From assembly GCF_018350175.1 (NCBI RefSeq), contig NC_058373.1, positions 117,244,001 to 117,308,000 on the forward strand: DNA of 64,000 nt, written 5' to 3'. Under the pieces are notes generated by a model. That model searched no databases, was not told the DNA's origin, and was given only the letters and a program-made list of their open reading frames with translations. Position numbers and translations under genes: made by a program. How positions within the stretch are numbered: the first letter of the stretch is position 1; every line of letters begins with the position of its first letter. The stretch is from Felis catus (lineage: Eukaryota). This document shows, one piece after another, positions 62,004 through 64,000 of the stretch.

Positions 62004-62558
62004 TGTATAACTAGCTATTTCTGTGTAATAAATTACCACAAATGTAGGTGCTTAAAACAACGCATGTTTGTGATCTGGTAGAATCTATTGGCCAGGAATC
62101 TGGGCCTGGCTTAACTGAGTCTTCTGCTTTAAGAACTCCCATGAGGCATTGCCAAGACTGGGGTTCTACCTGCAAATTCCACTAAGGAAGGGTCCATATG
62201 GAAGCTCATTTACGTAGGGGCTAACAGGATTCTGCTCCCATAGGGCTGTAGGACTGAGGTCTGTCAGGTCCCTGTTGCCTGTGGGCCAGGGGACCCCCTC
62301 AGTTCCTTGCCAAATGGGCCTTCCCATCATGGAAGTTTGCTTCATCAAAGCCAGCAAGGAAAAGAATCTTCCAGCAAGATGGGACTTAGAGCTCTGCATA
62401 ATGTAATAGAAGGATGACATTCTCATCGCCTTTGTCATATTCCATTGGTTAGAAGCAAATCACAAGTCCTACCTATACTCAAGGGGAGGGGATTACACAG
62501 GCACATGAATATTAAGAGGTGGGGATCATTGGGGGCCATCCTAGACTCTGTCCTCTAC
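62004..62558 (-). mobile_element. MaLR solo LTR (MLT1F-like)
   Basis: tgtgtaataaattaccacaaa...cttaaaacaac...gcttcatcaaagccagcaagg...ccattggttagaagcaaatcaca...ggggatcattgggggccatcctaga...ctaca. Confidence 0.85.
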
Positions 62559-63892
62559 ACTATTTGCACACTGAATATTAACATCGTTTGTACTTCTGCA
62601 TTAACAGTACTCTCCAGAGGAAAATCCGCTGTATGCCAGATGATAACTTTGATCTTCTTGCTTTAATTCCTTACCCCATCCGTGATTATAACTAACAAAA
62701 CTTTAGGGTATATTGGTGGTAAAAAGAATCCTGATTCTAGAAATTTAATTAATAGCCAACATGAGGCAGGACCGTTTCTGTATTGTAGGTAAACTAAAAC
62801 TTTATCACCAGGAGAAATGGGTCAGAATATGTAAAACACAGTAGCTAATACTAACCAGCTAGGGGTGGGAGCCTATACAGTGAGGTTGTTGATCAATGAC
62901 TCTGGCCCTATTGGACCTCTGCCTGGAAGATACTAGCTGTGCCTGGTATTAACCCATCAGTTGCTGAATAGTGGGGAGATTTCTGGTGGGGATTTTGGGG
63001 AGGGGATCTGAGTGGTAGAGCTAGAGGTTCCTGGGTAATTCTATTTACTAATCATTGAAGACATATTTTAATAACAATAATTGGTACACCTGTCAGCGCA
63101 TGCTATTAGCTCTTATTAATAGTTAATAATAACAGCTAATATATAGTATTTGTAATGCACAGAAAGAGAATGCAGCCAATATTTCCTATGCTAGGGTCTA
63201 AGCTCTATCAGAGGGACTAGCAGTCCATGTGATTTATAGCTTTTCATATAAAGGACAATTTATTTTGAAAATATATATATATAGACCACCTGCTACATGC
63301 CAGGTCCTGATCTAGTTGCTGGGGACATAGGAGTGAACAAAACAAAGGAGCAGAGGCATAGTTTGAACTGCAGTGGTTTCTTTCCATGATATAAACATGT
63401 CCAGCAATATCTTTGGCCCTAAACCTGAGGACACAGACTCATCTGAAACCTCATGCATTTATCTATTGGGGCCCATTGCAAACAAGAAAGCACAGAGGCC
63501 CAGTTCTGACCGGGGGAAGTGCAGGACATAGGAGAGCGGTCCATCGTCATACAGGGAGCTCTCGGAGCCTCACAAATCATCCCAGGTTATCTACTACCTT
63601 GTTCTGAAATTGAAGAATGAGGTTCTTTCCCTGTGCCCTGGGTGATGGCAGGTTTTGTTACCAGTTCAAGCTGCTATTGTTACTGATTTTTCAGCTTTTT
63701 AAAGCAGCTCCCTCTCCCTTAATATTATGAGACTGGTTCAAAATATCAGCAGAAGAGCAAATACCAAATGGCTAAATATTTAAAAGATATAAAATCAAGC
63801 CAGCAAAATAAATGTATTCTATCTTCCAACCTTGACAATTGTGCTTTTAGAAAGACCTGCAGGCCAGGTTTGAGTTTAGAATTCTTGGGCAC

Positions 63893-64000
63893 TTTATTTT
63901 ATTATTTTTTAATTTTGATGTTTATTTAGTTAGTTTAATTTTTTTGTTATTTATTTATTTTTTATATGAAATTTATTGTCCAATTGGTTTCCATACAACA
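63893..64000 (-). mobile_element. Felid-type L1 3' end (runs off the window)
   Basis: T-rich tail, then atatgaaatttattgtccaattggtttccatacaaca, as at 49810-50005. Confidence 0.9.

Overview
Eukaryotic, non-coding, repeat-rich mammalian DNA, almost certainly felid: it carries many young feline-type CAN-SINEs and felid-type L1 3' ends. I can identify no intact protein-coding gene, RNA gene or CRISPR array; the ORF track is essentially repeat-derived or chance. The window is a layered transposon record: ancient MIR/L2/CR1, MER5/MER20 hAT elements, MaLR/ERVL LTRs, carnivore L1 fragments and about 20 CAN-SINEs. It also holds one two-LTR class I (gamma-like) provirus on the minus strand (28118-34822) with a tRNA-Leu PBS and decayed gag, integrase and env. 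The most unusual signal is an MLT2-type LTR (about 10611-11232) containing a decayed captured segment resembling apolipoprotein A-IV coding sequence. Other oddities are a SINE dimer with a single TSD, a tailless SINE, several close inverted repeat pairs, and candidate enhancers and micro-exons. Repeat family names come from recalled consensus sequences, were not run against a database, and boundaries of old repeats are approximate. I see no convincing new biological system.
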